DNA of 64,000 nucleotides from Thermoplasmata archaeon (GCA_035933635.1 DASYYY010000022.1:130417-194416); one strand, 5' to 3'; shown: positions 45,384 through 55,374, counted from the stretch's first letter. Translations and numbers: made by a program. The notes: generated by a model not told the origin, from the letters alone.

Positions 45384-46132
45384 CGCCGCGACGCGGCCCC
45401 CGCCGCGTCGTTCGTGGCGGGGGCCTCCATCCGACCGGTCGCACCGCGCCGTCGCGGCACGGGGTTCGGTTCCTTGCGGACGAGGAACTCGTGGAGGTGA
45501 CCGTCGACCCGGTGGATGAGCAGCGTGTGACCGGTTCGGTCCGACCAGCGAACGAGCTCGATCGGGCTGGTCGGGTCGTCGGTGACGAGCAGGACGACCT
45601 CCCCGGAGGCCCGGCCCGCCAGCTCGTCGTCCAGGCGTGCGAGGGTCGCCGAGCACTCCGTACCGAGCTCAATGAGCTGGAGGTCGGGGAACGCCGCGTA
45701 GCACCGGATGTGGAGGGCGCGGATCCGCTCGCGAAGGCCCTCGACGATCTCCGGCGCCGACCGCAAGGCTCCCCCCGGTCGAACCGGAGTGGAAGGTCGA
45801 ACGCGGACGATCCAGCCACGGTCGTAGGGCGAGTCGTTGACCAACTTCGGTCGCGCCACGACGGTCGGATTCCGTTCCACTACGGTCGCCTCGATGGGGA
45901 GCCGGACCGGCCCGGTGAAGCGGACGCTCTCGACGGTGGCCACGCTCGTACCCGCGGCTTGACTTCCCTCGAGCTCGCGGAAGCTGAGGGACGTCAGGAC
46001 ACCGGCGAAGGCCACCTGGCTCGAGGTCAGGCCGAGAGTGCAGACCCCCGCGTCGTCAACGGCCGTGATCCACGTGCCCTGCTCGAGGTCGTAGAGCCGG
46101 TCCTCGGGGACCGGGCAGCCGTCGACCTCCAT
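45380..46132 (-). CDS. fusion protein: GcvH-like domain (lipoyl-Lys replaced by Arg) plus TusA-like sulfur-carrier domain
   Basis: 251-aa real part of ORF 45380..46285 from MEVDGCPVPEDRLYDLEQGTW. N-domain aligns to the glycine cleavage H-protein core (ATVESVRFTGPVRLPIEATVVERNPTVVARPKLVNDSPYDRGWIVRV versus [27 protein letters not shown]...EPYAGGWIFKI), with R at the lipoylation position. C-domain matches TusA (GTECSATL...GEVVLLVTDDPTSPIELVRWSDRTGHTLLIHRVDGHLHEFLVRK) with the Cys retained. ATGA overlap with the rhodanese gene end. Confidence 0.7.
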   Translation of the reverse strand: MEVDGCPVPEDRLYDLEQGTWITAVDDAGVCTLGLTSSQVAFAGVLTSLSFRELEGSQAAGTSVATVESVRFTGPVRLPIEATVVERNPTVVARPKLVNDSPYDRGWIVRVRPSTPVRPGGALRSAPEIVEGLRERIRALHIRCYAAFPDLQLIELGTECSATLARLDDELAGRASGEVVLLVTDDPTSPIELVRWSDRTGHTLLIHRVDGHLHEFLVRKEPNPVPRRRGATGRMEAPATNDAAGAASRR

Positions 46133-46442
46133 CGACGCCCCGAATCGACCGGTCCCGATGAGCGTGCCGGCCGCCCCGTGACTTCTTGGGCGGCCGAGGG
46201 TGTGCTCCCGCGTGGCGCATACGGCCGCCGGCCCCGCCCACCGCCCGAACGTATGCGTCTGCGGCCACTTCGCCACGACGCACATGGTCGTCGAGCCGGT
46301 GGCCGGCCCGTTCGTCGGGTCCTACGCCCTGGTACCTACCGGGGGATGTGCCCGATGCGGCGCGGCGTGCACCAAGTACGCGCCGAGGTAACGTTCGCTC
46401 CGATACCCGACCATTATGCCGAGTTCGGACAGATTCCGGACG

Positions 46443-48113
46443 ATGTGGTCGCGCGACGATCCCTCCCGGGACCACCGTGGAGGTTCGGTGGCGCTCGCCG
46501 GGATGGTCGTGGTGCTTCTCCTGTCGAGCGGGCCCGCGGCGACGGGCTCCGCTCCGGTCGCTCCGCCTCCTCCTCCGCATTCGGTGAGGGCCGAGGCGGT
46601 CCACAGTGCCGCCACCGGTTCGACCGGCGGGGCGGTCGCCGAGCTGCGGGTCGACGCGGCCGACCCGGCGATCGTCCCCTACTCGGGGGTCGAGTCGAAC
46701 CTGACGGCGTACTCGGCGCCGACGATGCCGGACAACTCCCAGCTGCAGATCGCCACGGCGGTCGTCCTCGGCAACTACGACGCGGTGTTCGGGATCTTCC
46801 TCAACAACACGATCGCCCCGGTGCCGTTCTTCGAGGTGTTCTCGAACTCCACCGACCAGGGCCTTCGGCTCGTGTACTGGCCGAGCTTCGCGCTCGACCC
46901 GTCGACGGGCTACCTGTTCGCCCTCGTTCGGACCGCAGGGACCGTCTGGGAGTTCACCCTCGACGGTCGGCCGTTGGGGGGCAACGCGACGACGGCCAGC
47001 TACGACTTCGGGCTCGCGGCGGGGACCTGGGCGCGCAGCGTCAGCCTGACCGAGATCGCGGCGTACGCGAGCACCCCCTTCGCCCCGCCCTCCGTGACCG
47101 CCACGCTCGCCTTCGCGGTCCTGCGGCCGAACGGCTGGTACCTTCCGCACAACGGCACCGCCAGCACCTCCGGAAGCATCGCCGGGCCGTGGGGGCTCGA
47201 GGGGATGACCCAGCACCCGACGCTCGCTCCCGGGGAGGTCGAGAGCGGGCCGACGATCGCCTCCCTCCCGAACGGCACGAACGTCTGGACCGGCGGGCCG
47301 GTACCGGTGCGCGTGACGCTCACGCTAGGGAGCGGGCTGCTCCCCGCGGCGGGATCGACGCCGCTCGCCATCACGGTGCTCAGCAGTTCGGGGCTGGCCA
47401 TCTCCATGGCGGCGGTCTACCTGACCGATTCGATGGGAGGGCTGTTCTTTCCCCCCGCGCTCGTCACCGGGCCCGAAGGCAACTCCTCGTCGACCTTCAT
47501 CGCCCCCAACGCCTCGGCCCGGGAGACTGACCAGATCCGGGCGAACTCCACGATCTTCGGATTCGCCGGCTCTGCGATCGCAGCGGTGGTCGTGACCGCT
47601 GCCGTGCAGGTCACCCTCGATGCACCCTCGTCGGTGCGGGTCGAGACCTCCGGGACCGTCACCGTGGACGTACGGGCGGTCGTGGCCAACGGCACGCCGC
47701 TCGCGGGGGTCCTCGTGACCTTCTCGGTCAGCGGGGCGGCGGGGATCGACCCCACCACGACCATCACCGACGGCTCGGGCGAGGCAACGACGGTGGTGCT
47801 CGCCCCCGGGGCGCCGGCCACGGTGACGCTGATCGCGACCGCGGTGAGCCCCGGTTACTGGGGGGCGACCCGGGTGACAGTGCAGGTGGTCGCCCCGGCC
47901 ACGGTCTGGTGGGGGAACGACATCCCGTATGTTGTGGGCGGCGCGTTGGCTATCCTGGTGCTCGTGGCGCTGGTGATGCTCTACCGGCGTGCGACCCGCA
48001 AGGAGCAGGAGCTTCCCCCGATGGGACGACTCCGGCTACCGAAGCCCGCCGCGCCGACGGAGCCGGGGGCGACCGAACCGGTCTCCGGACCGGGACCACC
48101 GGCTCACCCGTAA
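46443..48113 (+). CDS. type-I membrane-anchored surface glycoprotein (hypothetical), N-terminal signal/anchor and C-terminal TM
   Basis: About 557 aa from MWSRDD. N-terminal hydrophobic segment VALAGMVVVLLLSSGPAATG. Sequon-rich Thr/Ser/Ala-rich ectodomain. C-terminal TM IPYVVGGALAILVLVALVMLY plus Pro-rich tail. TATA-like CATTAT 27-32 nt upstream. Confidence 0.75.
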   Translation: MWSRDDPSRDHRGGSVALAGMVVVLLLSSGPAATGSAPVAPPPPPHSVRAEAVHSAATGSTGGAVAELRVDAADPAIVPYSGVESNLTAYSAPTMPDNSQLQIATAVVLGNYDAVFGIFLNNTIAPVPFFEVFSNSTDQGLRLVYWPSFALDPSTGYLFALVRTAGTVWEFTLDGRPLGGNATTASYDFGLAAGTWARSVSLTEIAAYASTPFAPPSVTATLAFAVLRPNGWYLPHNGTASTSGSIAGPWGLEGMTQHPTLAPGEVESGPTIASLPNGTNVWTGGPVPVRVTLTLGSGLLPAAGSTPLAITVLSSSGLAISMAAVYLTDSMGGLFFPPALVTGPEGNSSSTFIAPNASARETDQIRANSTIFGFAGSAIAAVVVTAAVQVTLDAPSSVRVETSGTVTVDVRAVVANGTPLAGVLVTFSVSGAAGIDPTTTITDGSGEATTVVLAPGAPATVTLIATAVSPGYWGATRVTVQVVAPATVWWGNDIPYVVGGALAILVLVALVMLYRRATRKEQELPPMGRLRLPKPAAPTEPGATEPVSGPGPPAHP

Positions 48114-48559
48114 GCTTCCTTGAGCAGGTAGTCCTTCAGGCGGTGGAGGCGGTCGTCCCAGAGCTGGAAGTGCCAGGACCGGGCCTCCTCCCACTGTGGT
48201 CCCGACACCCAACCTTGGTGCTCGAGCGTGACATCGATACCTTCCGGTGACTCCTGCAGGCGCACGTAGACGCTGGTGAGCGGCTCGGGCCGGTTCATCA
48301 GGGCGTCGAACTCGGACGGGCCGAACCAGGAGAAGCCGATGTCGAGCTCCGGGGTGATGCGGGTGACCTTTCCGGCACTGCGGAATGCGGGCGTGCCGGT
48401 CCATTCGAGCTCGTAGGCCCCGCCCACCACCGGCTCGATCCGTGCGTGGTCGCACATCCACTTCACCGCGCGGCCGCCATCGGTGAACGCGCCGTGGATC
48501 ATCGCGAGCGGCAGGGGTACCGTCACCTGGATGATGATCGGGTCGAGCTCCTCGAGCAT
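48104..48559 (-). CDS. SRPBCC-superfamily protein (AHSA1/START-like)
   Basis: 152-aa real part of ORF 48104..48766 from MLEELDPIIIQVTVPLPLAMIHGAFTDGG. Activator-of-Hsp90-ATPase-like/polyketide-cyclase-like pattern. Convergent 10-nt overlap with the preceding gene. Confidence 0.65.
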   Translation of the reverse strand: MLEELDPIIIQVTVPLPLAMIHGAFTDGGRAVKWMCDHARIEPVVGGAYELEWTGTPAFRSAGKVTRITPELDIGFSWFGPSEFDALMNRPEPLTSVYVRLQESPEGIDVTLEHQGWVSGPQWEEARSWHFQLWDDRLHRLKDYLLKEAYG

Positions 48560-48858
48560 GACGCCCCGCCCGCTCCCGTCACGGAGGAAAAGGTTTGGGT
48601 GTAACGACTCCTCCACTTCTCCTCGAGAACCGCCCGGCCCAGGGCGAGGCCTCCGCAACCCGGCCCGATCCGGAGGACCCGCTGCCCCGCACGGCTCGAG
48701 CGTTCCGGGGAGATCGGGTAAACCCCACCGAGACCCACCGAGGCCGAGGCTCGGATTCGCACGCACCGGTGCCTACCGGGTAGCTGCTTCGGCGGAGGTT
48801 CAAGCCGCATCCAACGGTACGTCGTAGGGAGCGATAGGTCGCCGGAACAGGATCGACC

Positions 48859-50907
48859 ATGTCCCGTTGGATCTGGGCGGCATTGGCCGTGTGTGTTACG
48901 GCGCTCATCGCAGTCCCGACCGTCCCCGGGATTGCTCCCGAAGGTTCGACCGTGCTCGGCCCGCCGCACGCGGGCCGGCCGGTCGCGCTCGACCCCGCAG
49001 CGTACGAGCTCGAAGCGGCTCGCGGTTCCCTCGGCAGCCGGGGAGGTCCGGGGGCCGCGGCCCACTGGAGCGAGGTCAGCCCCTCCCTCAACTTCACCCC
49101 CGGTGACCCTCCTCCGCTCATGGCCTACGATGCGGCGGACGGGTACGTGGTCCTGCTAGGTGGTTTCTGTGGCCAGCTCTCCTTCCTCCCGACGTGGACG
49201 TTCGGACACGGGAAGTGGACGGAGCTCCGCACGACCGGCCCTCCGGGAGATTACGGCTCGGCCATGGCGTACGATCCTCCCGATCGGGAGGTCGTCCTGT
49301 TCGGTCAATCCACCGCGTTCGGCGGCGGGGCGCCCGTGAACATCACGTGGGTCTTCCACGGCGGAAATTGGACGTCGCTCTCCCCAGGGATCACCCACGC
49401 TCCCTCCTCCCGCCTGGACGCCGCACTCAGCTACGACGCGGCCGACGGCTACCTGCTCCTGTACGGTGGTGGCCTCGGTGACACGTGGAAATTTTCCGGG
49501 GGTGTGTGGACCAAGCTTCTTCCCTTCAGGCCAACGGGCCCGGGCATCCGTAACGACGCGTTGATGGCGTACAACGCCGCCTTGGGCGAGGTGGTGCTCA
49601 TCGGGGGGACGGCACTGCACCAGAACAACAGGTCCATCACGTGGGCCTACCGCTCGGGCCGATGGAGCCCGCTCAGCGCCACCCCGCCTCCGTCGGTCAA
49701 CGCTCTGTCCTCGCACGCCGACTGCCTGGCGTACGACGCTCGGTTGGGGGTCCTCGTGATGGTCGAACCCGGAGGGGGGATCAACGAGACTCCCGCCCGG
49801 TCGTGGAAGTTCAACGGTTCTTGGACGAAGATGCTCCTGCCCCGCGAGCCTCGCTCGACCCTGATGTCGGTCTGCACGCCGGACCCCTCGGTGGCGGACC
49901 TCCTATTGCTCGGCACACCGACCTGGGCGCTCGTCGGCCGGAACTGGAGTCCGATCGGCGGGAGCCTGTATCCGGTCTCCGCGGACGGCTCGGTCATGAC
50001 CTACGACGGGCGGGACGCGGAGGTCGTGTTCTGGGGAGCGTTCTTCTCCCCCACCTCACCGGGTCTGTACGGCCAGACGTGGACCTACGCCCATCACGCC
50101 TGGACGTGGCTTCGCAACCTCACCGTCGGTCCCCCCGGGGCCTCCGCCGGGCCATCGATGACCTACGATGCGGGGGACGGCTATGTGCTGTTCTTCGCCG
50201 GAGAGCCGAACCAGACCTGGAGTTTCGCGGCGGGGCATTGGACCCAGCGGACCGGTCCCGTCGCCCCCTCTCCCCGGGCGTTGGCCGCCGTCGCCTACGA
50301 TGCCAGGGACGGTTTCGTCGTGCTCTTCGGAGGTACTCCGTGCAACATCAGCATCGGGCAGCACGGGTGCCCGGAATTCAACGAAACTTGGACCTACGTC
50401 CACGGCCACTGGTCACGGCTCGTCCCCGGCCATGGGACGTCGCCGCCCGGACGAGAAACGGCCGTCCTCGTCTACGACTCCGCGGATCGCTATCTCCTGC
50501 TCTTCGGAGGGACCGATTGTCGGCCGCCGTCGTGCTTCGGACTCAATGACAGCTGGCAATTCCACGGGGGCAACTGGTCGATCTTGCGGCCCGCCAGCGC
50601 GCCTCGACCGTTCGTGGCCGCCGCGTCCACCTACGACGCCCACATCGCCGCCGTGGTGGTCTTCGGCGGGTGCACCGCAACAAACGGCTACTACGGCCCC
50701 GCGTACTCCCGCGCCGCGTGGACCTTCTCCGGCGGCCACTGGACCCCGGTCAACAGCTCCTCCACCTACCTCCCGATCGGTCGGTGCAGCGGCTTGATGG
50801 CCTACGTCCCCGGATCCGGCGGAGATCTCTTCACGCAGGGGGGCCCGTACCCGTACGGGTTCGGGGGAGAGGGGTTCAACGATCTCTGGTGGCTCCGATT
50901 GAGCTGA
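48859..50907 (+). CDS. secreted Kelch-repeat / galactose-oxidase-like beta-propeller protein
   Basis: 682 aa. Signal peptide MSRWIWAALAVCVTALIAVPTVPG. Repeated Kelch-like blades (AMAYD..VVLFGG, WTF.GG.WT). Sequons. No C-terminal anchor. Confidence 0.8.
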   Translation: MSRWIWAALAVCVTALIAVPTVPGIAPEGSTVLGPPHAGRPVALDPAAYELEAARGSLGSRGGPGAAAHWSEVSPSLNFTPGDPPPLMAYDAADGYVVLLGGFCGQLSFLPTWTFGHGKWTELRTTGPPGDYGSAMAYDPPDREVVLFGQSTAFGGGAPVNITWVFHGGNWTSLSPGITHAPSSRLDAALSYDAADGYLLLYGGGLGDTWKFSGGVWTKLLPFRPTGPGIRNDALMAYNAALGEVVLIGGTALHQNNRSITWAYRSGRWSPLSATPPPSVNALSSHADCLAYDARLGVLVMVEPGGGINETPARSWKFNGSWTKMLLPREPRSTLMSVCTPDPSVADLLLLGTPTWALVGRNWSPIGGSLYPVSADGSVMTYDGRDAEVVFWGAFFSPTSPGLYGQTWTYAHHAWTWLRNLTVGPPGASAGPSMTYDAGDGYVLFFAGEPNQTWSFAAGHWTQRTGPVAPSPRALAAVAYDARDGFVVLFGGTPCNISIGQHGCPEFNETWTYVHGHWSRLVPGHGTSPPGRETAVLVYDSADRYLLLFGGTDCRPPSCFGLNDSWQFHGGNWSILRPASAPRPFVAAASTYDAHIAAVVVFGGCTATNGYYGPAYSRAAWTFSGGHWTPVNSSSTYLPIGRCSGLMAYVPGSGGDLFTQGGPYPYGFGGEGFNDLWWLRLS

Positions 50908-51020
50908 CCGTTTCGTGAAGCCCAAGACTCCCCCCCTCCGTCGGGGAGTCCCGAGAAGTGAGGCGGCCCACCGGCGACTCTCCCGGGCGGACCCGGTACA
51001 GGAACGCCGACCGGGTGCCG

Positions 51021-52109
51021 CTACCGGCCCTGGCCGGAGCCGAACCACTGGTGGAACCGCTCGGTGTTCGCGATCGTCCCGACCAGGATGACCGCGTCGC
51101 GGGGGGCGAGGCGGGTCTCGAACGGCGGGTTGACCATCGTCTCGTAATCCCCCGAGGCGCTGGGGTGAGCGTAGCCGATGAGGATGCAGCCCGTATTGGA
51201 CCGGACGATCGCGTCGGCCTCGGCGAAGGTCTTGCCGACGAGCGGGCCGGTCGGGCCGAGCTGGTACTCCTGGATGTCGGAGCGAACGTCGGCCGCGGTC
51301 AGGTCTTCGAGCGCGTGGGCGACATCGGGCTCGAACGCCGCGCTCGCGCAGAGCCGTCCGCCCATGTCCGACGGACTCGCGACGTAGGTCACGCCCGCCG
51401 CGCGAAGGGTCTCCCGTAGCTCGGGCCGCCCGACGGAGACGACGATGCGGACGCCGTTGGCGTTCGCCTTCAGGTTCAGGGCGGCGATCATGTTCGTGGC
51501 GTCGTCGGGCGTGCAGATGATCACGCTGTGCGCCTCCGGCGCGTTGGCGCGGCGCAGGATCTCGAGGTCGGCGGGGGAGCCGTAAGTGACGAACAGTCGG
51601 TCCTCGCCAGCCAGCGCGCGGATGTTCGGGACGTCCTCGGCCCGATCGGTGACGACGGCGACCTTCTGGTCCTGGACCAGGAGCTCCCGCACGGCCGCCC
51701 GGCCGACGGCCGAGTAACCGGCCACGACGATGTGCCCGCGCATCCGGGTGCCGTAGGTGCCCAGCGCGCGGTCCTGTGCCTGCTCCTGTACCGCGGTCGT
51801 GATGACGGTGATGAGGTAGGCGAGCAGAAAAACCTGCGTCGCGATGACCCCCGTGGTCAGCAACTTGGCCGCGTCGTTGGTCGGGACGACGTCACCGTAC
51901 CCCACCGTCCCGAGAGTGACGATCGACCAGTACAACGAATTGAACAGGGATACCTTACCACCCTCCAGCAGGAAGAACAGGACTCCGGCGCTGAGGTAGA
52001 CGCCGATGAACACGAAGAGGAATCGCCAGATGCGGCGCAGAACGTCCTCGAGGTAGCGGAGGGTTCCCCCCGGGGAGGAGGAACGGAGGCCCGACATGAA
52101 CCGGGTCAC
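51021..52109 (-). CDS. potassium channel with RCK/TrkA domains (MthK-like)
   Basis: 362 aa. Two TM helices flanking the selectivity filter TLGTVGYGD, then TrkA-N Rossmann domain (IVVAGYSAVGRAAV) and TrkA-C. Confidence 0.88.
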   Translation of the reverse strand: MTRFMSGLRSSSPGGTLRYLEDVLRRIWRFLFVFIGVYLSAGVLFFLLEGGKVSLFNSLYWSIVTLGTVGYGDVVPTNDAAKLLTTGVIATQVFLLAYLITVITTAVQEQAQDRALGTYGTRMRGHIVVAGYSAVGRAAVRELLVQDQKVAVVTDRAEDVPNIRALAGEDRLFVTYGSPADLEILRRANAPEAHSVIICTPDDATNMIAALNLKANANGVRIVVSVGRPELRETLRAAGVTYVASPSDMGGRLCASAAFEPDVAHALEDLTAADVRSDIQEYQLGPTGPLVGKTFAEADAIVRSNTGCILIGYAHPSASGDYETMVNPPFETRLAPRDAVILVGTIANTERFHQWFGSGQGR

Positions 52110-52193
52110 GGGTGCGGGCAGGCGGGGTCGCGAACTTAACAGTTGGAGGGGGCGCCCGCCAAGTGCGCGGCCCGACCCCGACGCCGGCTCCGG

Positions 52194-53132
52194 TCAGCTC
52201 GCCGGCAGGGGGGCCCCGATGCGGTTTGGGAGTCCGTCCGGGTGGGCGCCGGTCCGTGCGGGTCGAACCCGCGCGGCCGATCGGGGCGGCTCCGGCCCCT
52301 TGGCCCAGCTGTCCAGGAATCCGGCAACCAGGTCGACCGCCAGGTCGGGGGCATCGAGGCGTACGTAGGCGTTCCGAGGGGCGGTGGCACCGTTGGGCTC
52401 GGACGAGGCCCGGAAGAACATCCACCGACGATCGAGCACGAGCATCGGCGTGGTGAACAGCCGAGTATAGCGGATCGCCACGCCGACTCGGGCCAGACGG
52501 GTGAGGTCGGACTCGCGCGCAGGGTCATCGACCGGCGGGGGAACCAGCGCCCGGACCGACCCGGGCGGAAGTCGCTGTTGGAGCTTGGCGAGCTCCTGTT
52601 CGACCGCGGTGGAAGCCGAGCACCACGGTGACTCGCTTCCGGCGAGCCAGACCTCCGATCGCACCGTCCGGAGTTGGGTGAGGAGGGTTCCCAGGCACGC
52701 CGTGAGCGAGCCGGTGACGAACGCCCGGGAATCGTCCGGTGAGCTCGAGCGTTCGCTCTCGGATTCGTGGAGGCGCCGGAGCGGGAGCTCGACGCGCTCG
52801 GCCAGCGCGGTCGCCCGCCGACCATCGGCCAAGAGCTCATGGATGACCGCCGTGGGGTGTGCCGCGCGGAACACCATTCCGCTCGAACGCCGTTCCCTCA
52901 GGACCAGCCCGCGGGCCTCGAGCCGGTCCAGAGCGACGTAGACGGACTGGACGTTCGTCCGGGCGAGCCGGGCCAGCTGACGTGCGGGGGCGGCCGCCGG
53001 GTGGAGCATCAGCGCCTCGAGCAGGCGGCGATCGGTGGGCTGCAGGGAGCGGTTCAGGGCGAGCAGCTCGCGAAGGCTCGCGTCCATCTCCTCCGATCGG
53101 ATCGGGACACCGCCCTCGGAACTCTTCGTCAC
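52194..53132 (-). CDS. TrmB-family transcriptional regulator
   Basis: 312 aa. N-terminal TrmB winged helix (LEALMLHPAAAPARQLARLARTNVQSVYVALDRLEARGLV), C-terminal effector-like domain. TATA-like AAGTTTAA about 26-34 nt upstream on its strand. Confidence 0.75.
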   Translation of the reverse strand: MTKSSEGGVPIRSEEMDASLRELLALNRSLQPTDRRLLEALMLHPAAAPARQLARLARTNVQSVYVALDRLEARGLVLRERRSSGMVFRAAHPTAVIHELLADGRRATALAERVELPLRRLHESESERSSSPDDSRAFVTGSLTACLGTLLTQLRTVRSEVWLAGSESPWCSASTAVEQELAKLQQRLPPGSVRALVPPPVDDPARESDLTRLARVGVAIRYTRLFTTPMLVLDRRWMFFRASSEPNGATAPRNAYVRLDAPDLAVDLVAGFLDSWAKGPEPPRSAARVRPARTGAHPDGLPNRIGAPLPAS

Positions 53133-53188
53133 GCGGCCGGCGAAACAGAAGACCAGCAGTTAAACTTCGCGCCTGCGAAAACAGCGGC

Positions 53189-53200
53189 TATGTATACGTA
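53189..53200 (+). promoter_or_regulatory. TATA-like element (TATGTATACGTA) for the InlB-B-repeat protein gene
   Basis: AT-rich palindromic motif in the divergent TrmB/53266 intergenic region, about 70 nt upstream of the ATG. Confidence 0.4.
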
Positions 53201-53265
53201 CTTACTGCAAGTCTCGGCGTTCGGCGCACCCGGGTACGGTTTCGGCGTCCGCGCGCAGTCTGAAA

Positions 53266-55374
53266 ATGAACGAGAGCAAGTTCGGTCTGGGGTCGCGGCG
53301 CGGAAGTTGGCTGGTCGGCGGGACGGCGTTGATCGCCGCGACACTGTTCCTCCTGGGGAGCGCCGCGGCCGCGCACCCGGGTGCGCCGCCGCCCACGACC
53401 ACCTACTCGGTGTCGTTCGTCTCCCACGGCCTCGCCGCATCGTCGTCCTGGAGCGTCTACTTCAATGGCGTCACGTACTCGGGAACCAAGGCCACGATCA
53501 CGATCACCGGCGTCTCGGGGGGTAGCTACTACTTCTCGGCCGCCCAGGCCGTCGCGGGCTCGACGGGGATTCAATACTACGCCGGCTCGAACACCGGTTA
53601 CATCTCGGTCCCAGCGCAGCTCAGCCACTACATCGTCTACACCAAGGAGTACGCCGTGACGATCGGGGTCAACCCGACGGGCAGCGGCTACACCAACCCC
53701 GGCACGACCTACTTCGTCGCCGGAGAGACCTTCCCGCTCAGCGCGATCGCCTACACGGGCTACACGTTCTCCACGTGGGTCTCCTCGAGCAAGTCGCTGA
53801 TCCTCGGGTCAAAGACCGCCGCCTCGACCAACGTCACCATCGGTGCGCCGGGAACGCTCACGGCCAAGTTCAAGGCGGAGAAGTACCCGATCACCTACAC
53901 CGAGGTCGGTCTGCCGGCCGGTACCATTTGGTCGGTCACCTCCGGCGGGACGGCGTACGTCTCTTCGACGAGCACGATCAAGGCCGCGACCTCGGTCGTC
54001 GGCAACCTGTACTGGTCGGTCGCCCCGGTATCCTCCGGGACGACGGCGCAGTACGCCCCCTGGCCGGCCAGCGGCGGGATGTACGTGCCGAGCCAGACGA
54101 TGCAGACGATCTCCTTCGTCAAGCAGTACCAGGTCAGCGTCGTTGCCACCCCGAGCTCGACGGGCTCGACCTCGCCTTCGGGCACCGCGTTCTACACCGC
54201 GGGGACGAACCTGAGCGTCGTCGCCTACAGCACCTCGAGCTACCAGTTCTCCTCGTGGACGGCGGGCTCGACCAACCTGGGGATCGGGGGTAAGACCAAC
54301 TCCTCGACGAACGTCACGATCAAGGGACCGGGAACACTCACGGCGCACTTCTCCCCCGGCTCGTCGTGCACGACGTGCACGGTGACCATCTACGAGTCCG
54401 GCCTGCCCGCGAACGCGAACTGGGGCGTCGGCTACAACAACTCCTGGTACCCCTCGACGGTGACTCGGACGACCAACTCGCTCAAGTTCACCGGGTTGGG
54501 CAGCGGCTACTTCTACTGGTCGACCGCCAGCGCGGTGGCGAGCCCCTCGTCCACCTCCGGCGTGATCTACATCCCGTCCTCCACCGGGGGCTACATCTAC
54601 GTCCCGAGCCAGCTCGCCTACACCATCGTCTACACCCCCGAGTACTACGTCGGGATCATCACGAACCCCCAGTACGGCGCGGGCGGCGTCGGTCCGGCCT
54701 CGGGGTACTATCCGGCGGGCAGCGAGCTGCCCATCTGGAGCGGCGGCGGCAACGGCTGGGTCTTCTCCAAGTGGACCGCGAGCACCACCAAGCTCCCCTT
54801 TGCCAAGTCCAGTTCGCCGGCGACCACCGCCGTGGTCAACGGGCCGGGGACGATCGTGGCGAACTTCGTGCTCCCGACCACCACGGTCTCCTTCACGGAG
54901 TCGGGGCTGGCCAAGGGGACCCTCTGGTCGCTGACGTTCGACGGCGCGGTCTATGCCTCGAACACCTCGACGATCACGATCCACAGCGTCAGCTACGGCG
55001 GGCACTCGTGGTACCCGGACACTCCGTTCGATGCGACGACGACTACGCAGTGGGTCGCGCTGGCGTGGAACTACGGCGGCCTGAGCGGGACGCTCCAGGT
55101 GCCCTTCCAGAACGTCGAGAACATCGTCTTCGAGGAGGAGTTCAAGGTCAACTACTACACCGCCGGGACCAGCGGGGGCAGCATCTCGCCCTCCGGCCTG
55201 AACTGGTACCTCGCGGGCAGCATCGTCGCGCTGGACGCGATCAACGGGACGAGCGCGAACTTCACCAGCTGGAAGTCCTCGAGCTCCACCAACCTGGCGA
55301 TCGGATCGACGACGATGGCCGCCACCTACCTCGTCATCCAGGGGGCCGGCTCGGTCACCTGCACGTTCCACTAA
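53266..55374 (+). CDS. secreted InlB-B-repeat (Listeria/Bacteroides-type repeat) protein, Ser/Thr-rich
   Basis: 702 aa. Signal peptide LVGGTALIAATLFLLGSAAAA. At least 7 repeat units of the form GYTFSTW...TNVTI.GPGT.TA.F. Many N-x-S/T sequons. No TM anchor. Confidence 0.85.
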   Translation: MNESKFGLGSRRGSWLVGGTALIAATLFLLGSAAAAHPGAPPPTTTYSVSFVSHGLAASSSWSVYFNGVTYSGTKATITITGVSGGSYYFSAAQAVAGSTGIQYYAGSNTGYISVPAQLSHYIVYTKEYAVTIGVNPTGSGYTNPGTTYFVAGETFPLSAIAYTGYTFSTWVSSSKSLILGSKTAASTNVTIGAPGTLTAKFKAEKYPITYTEVGLPAGTIWSVTSGGTAYVSSTSTIKAATSVVGNLYWSVAPVSSGTTAQYAPWPASGGMYVPSQTMQTISFVKQYQVSVVATPSSTGSTSPSGTAFYTAGTNLSVVAYSTSSYQFSSWTAGSTNLGIGGKTNSSTNVTIKGPGTLTAHFSPGSSCTTCTVTIYESGLPANANWGVGYNNSWYPSTVTRTTNSLKFTGLGSGYFYWSTASAVASPSSTSGVIYIPSSTGGYIYVPSQLAYTIVYTPEYYVGIITNPQYGAGGVGPASGYYPAGSELPIWSGGGNGWVFSKWTASTTKLPFAKSSSPATTAVVNGPGTIVANFVLPTTTVSFTESGLAKGTLWSLTFDGAVYASNTSTITIHSVSYGGHSWYPDTPFDATTTTQWVALAWNYGGLSGTLQVPFQNVENIVFEEEFKVNYYTAGTSGGSISPSGLNWYLAGSIVALDAINGTSANFTSWKSSSSTNLAIGSTTMAATYLVIQGAGSVTCTFH

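Noticed and set aside
45344-47530. 728-aa plus-strand ORF spanning the GcvH-TusA gene and the membrane glycoprotein gene
   Set aside because: R/G/D-rich with no motifs. Overprints two genes with clear family signatures.
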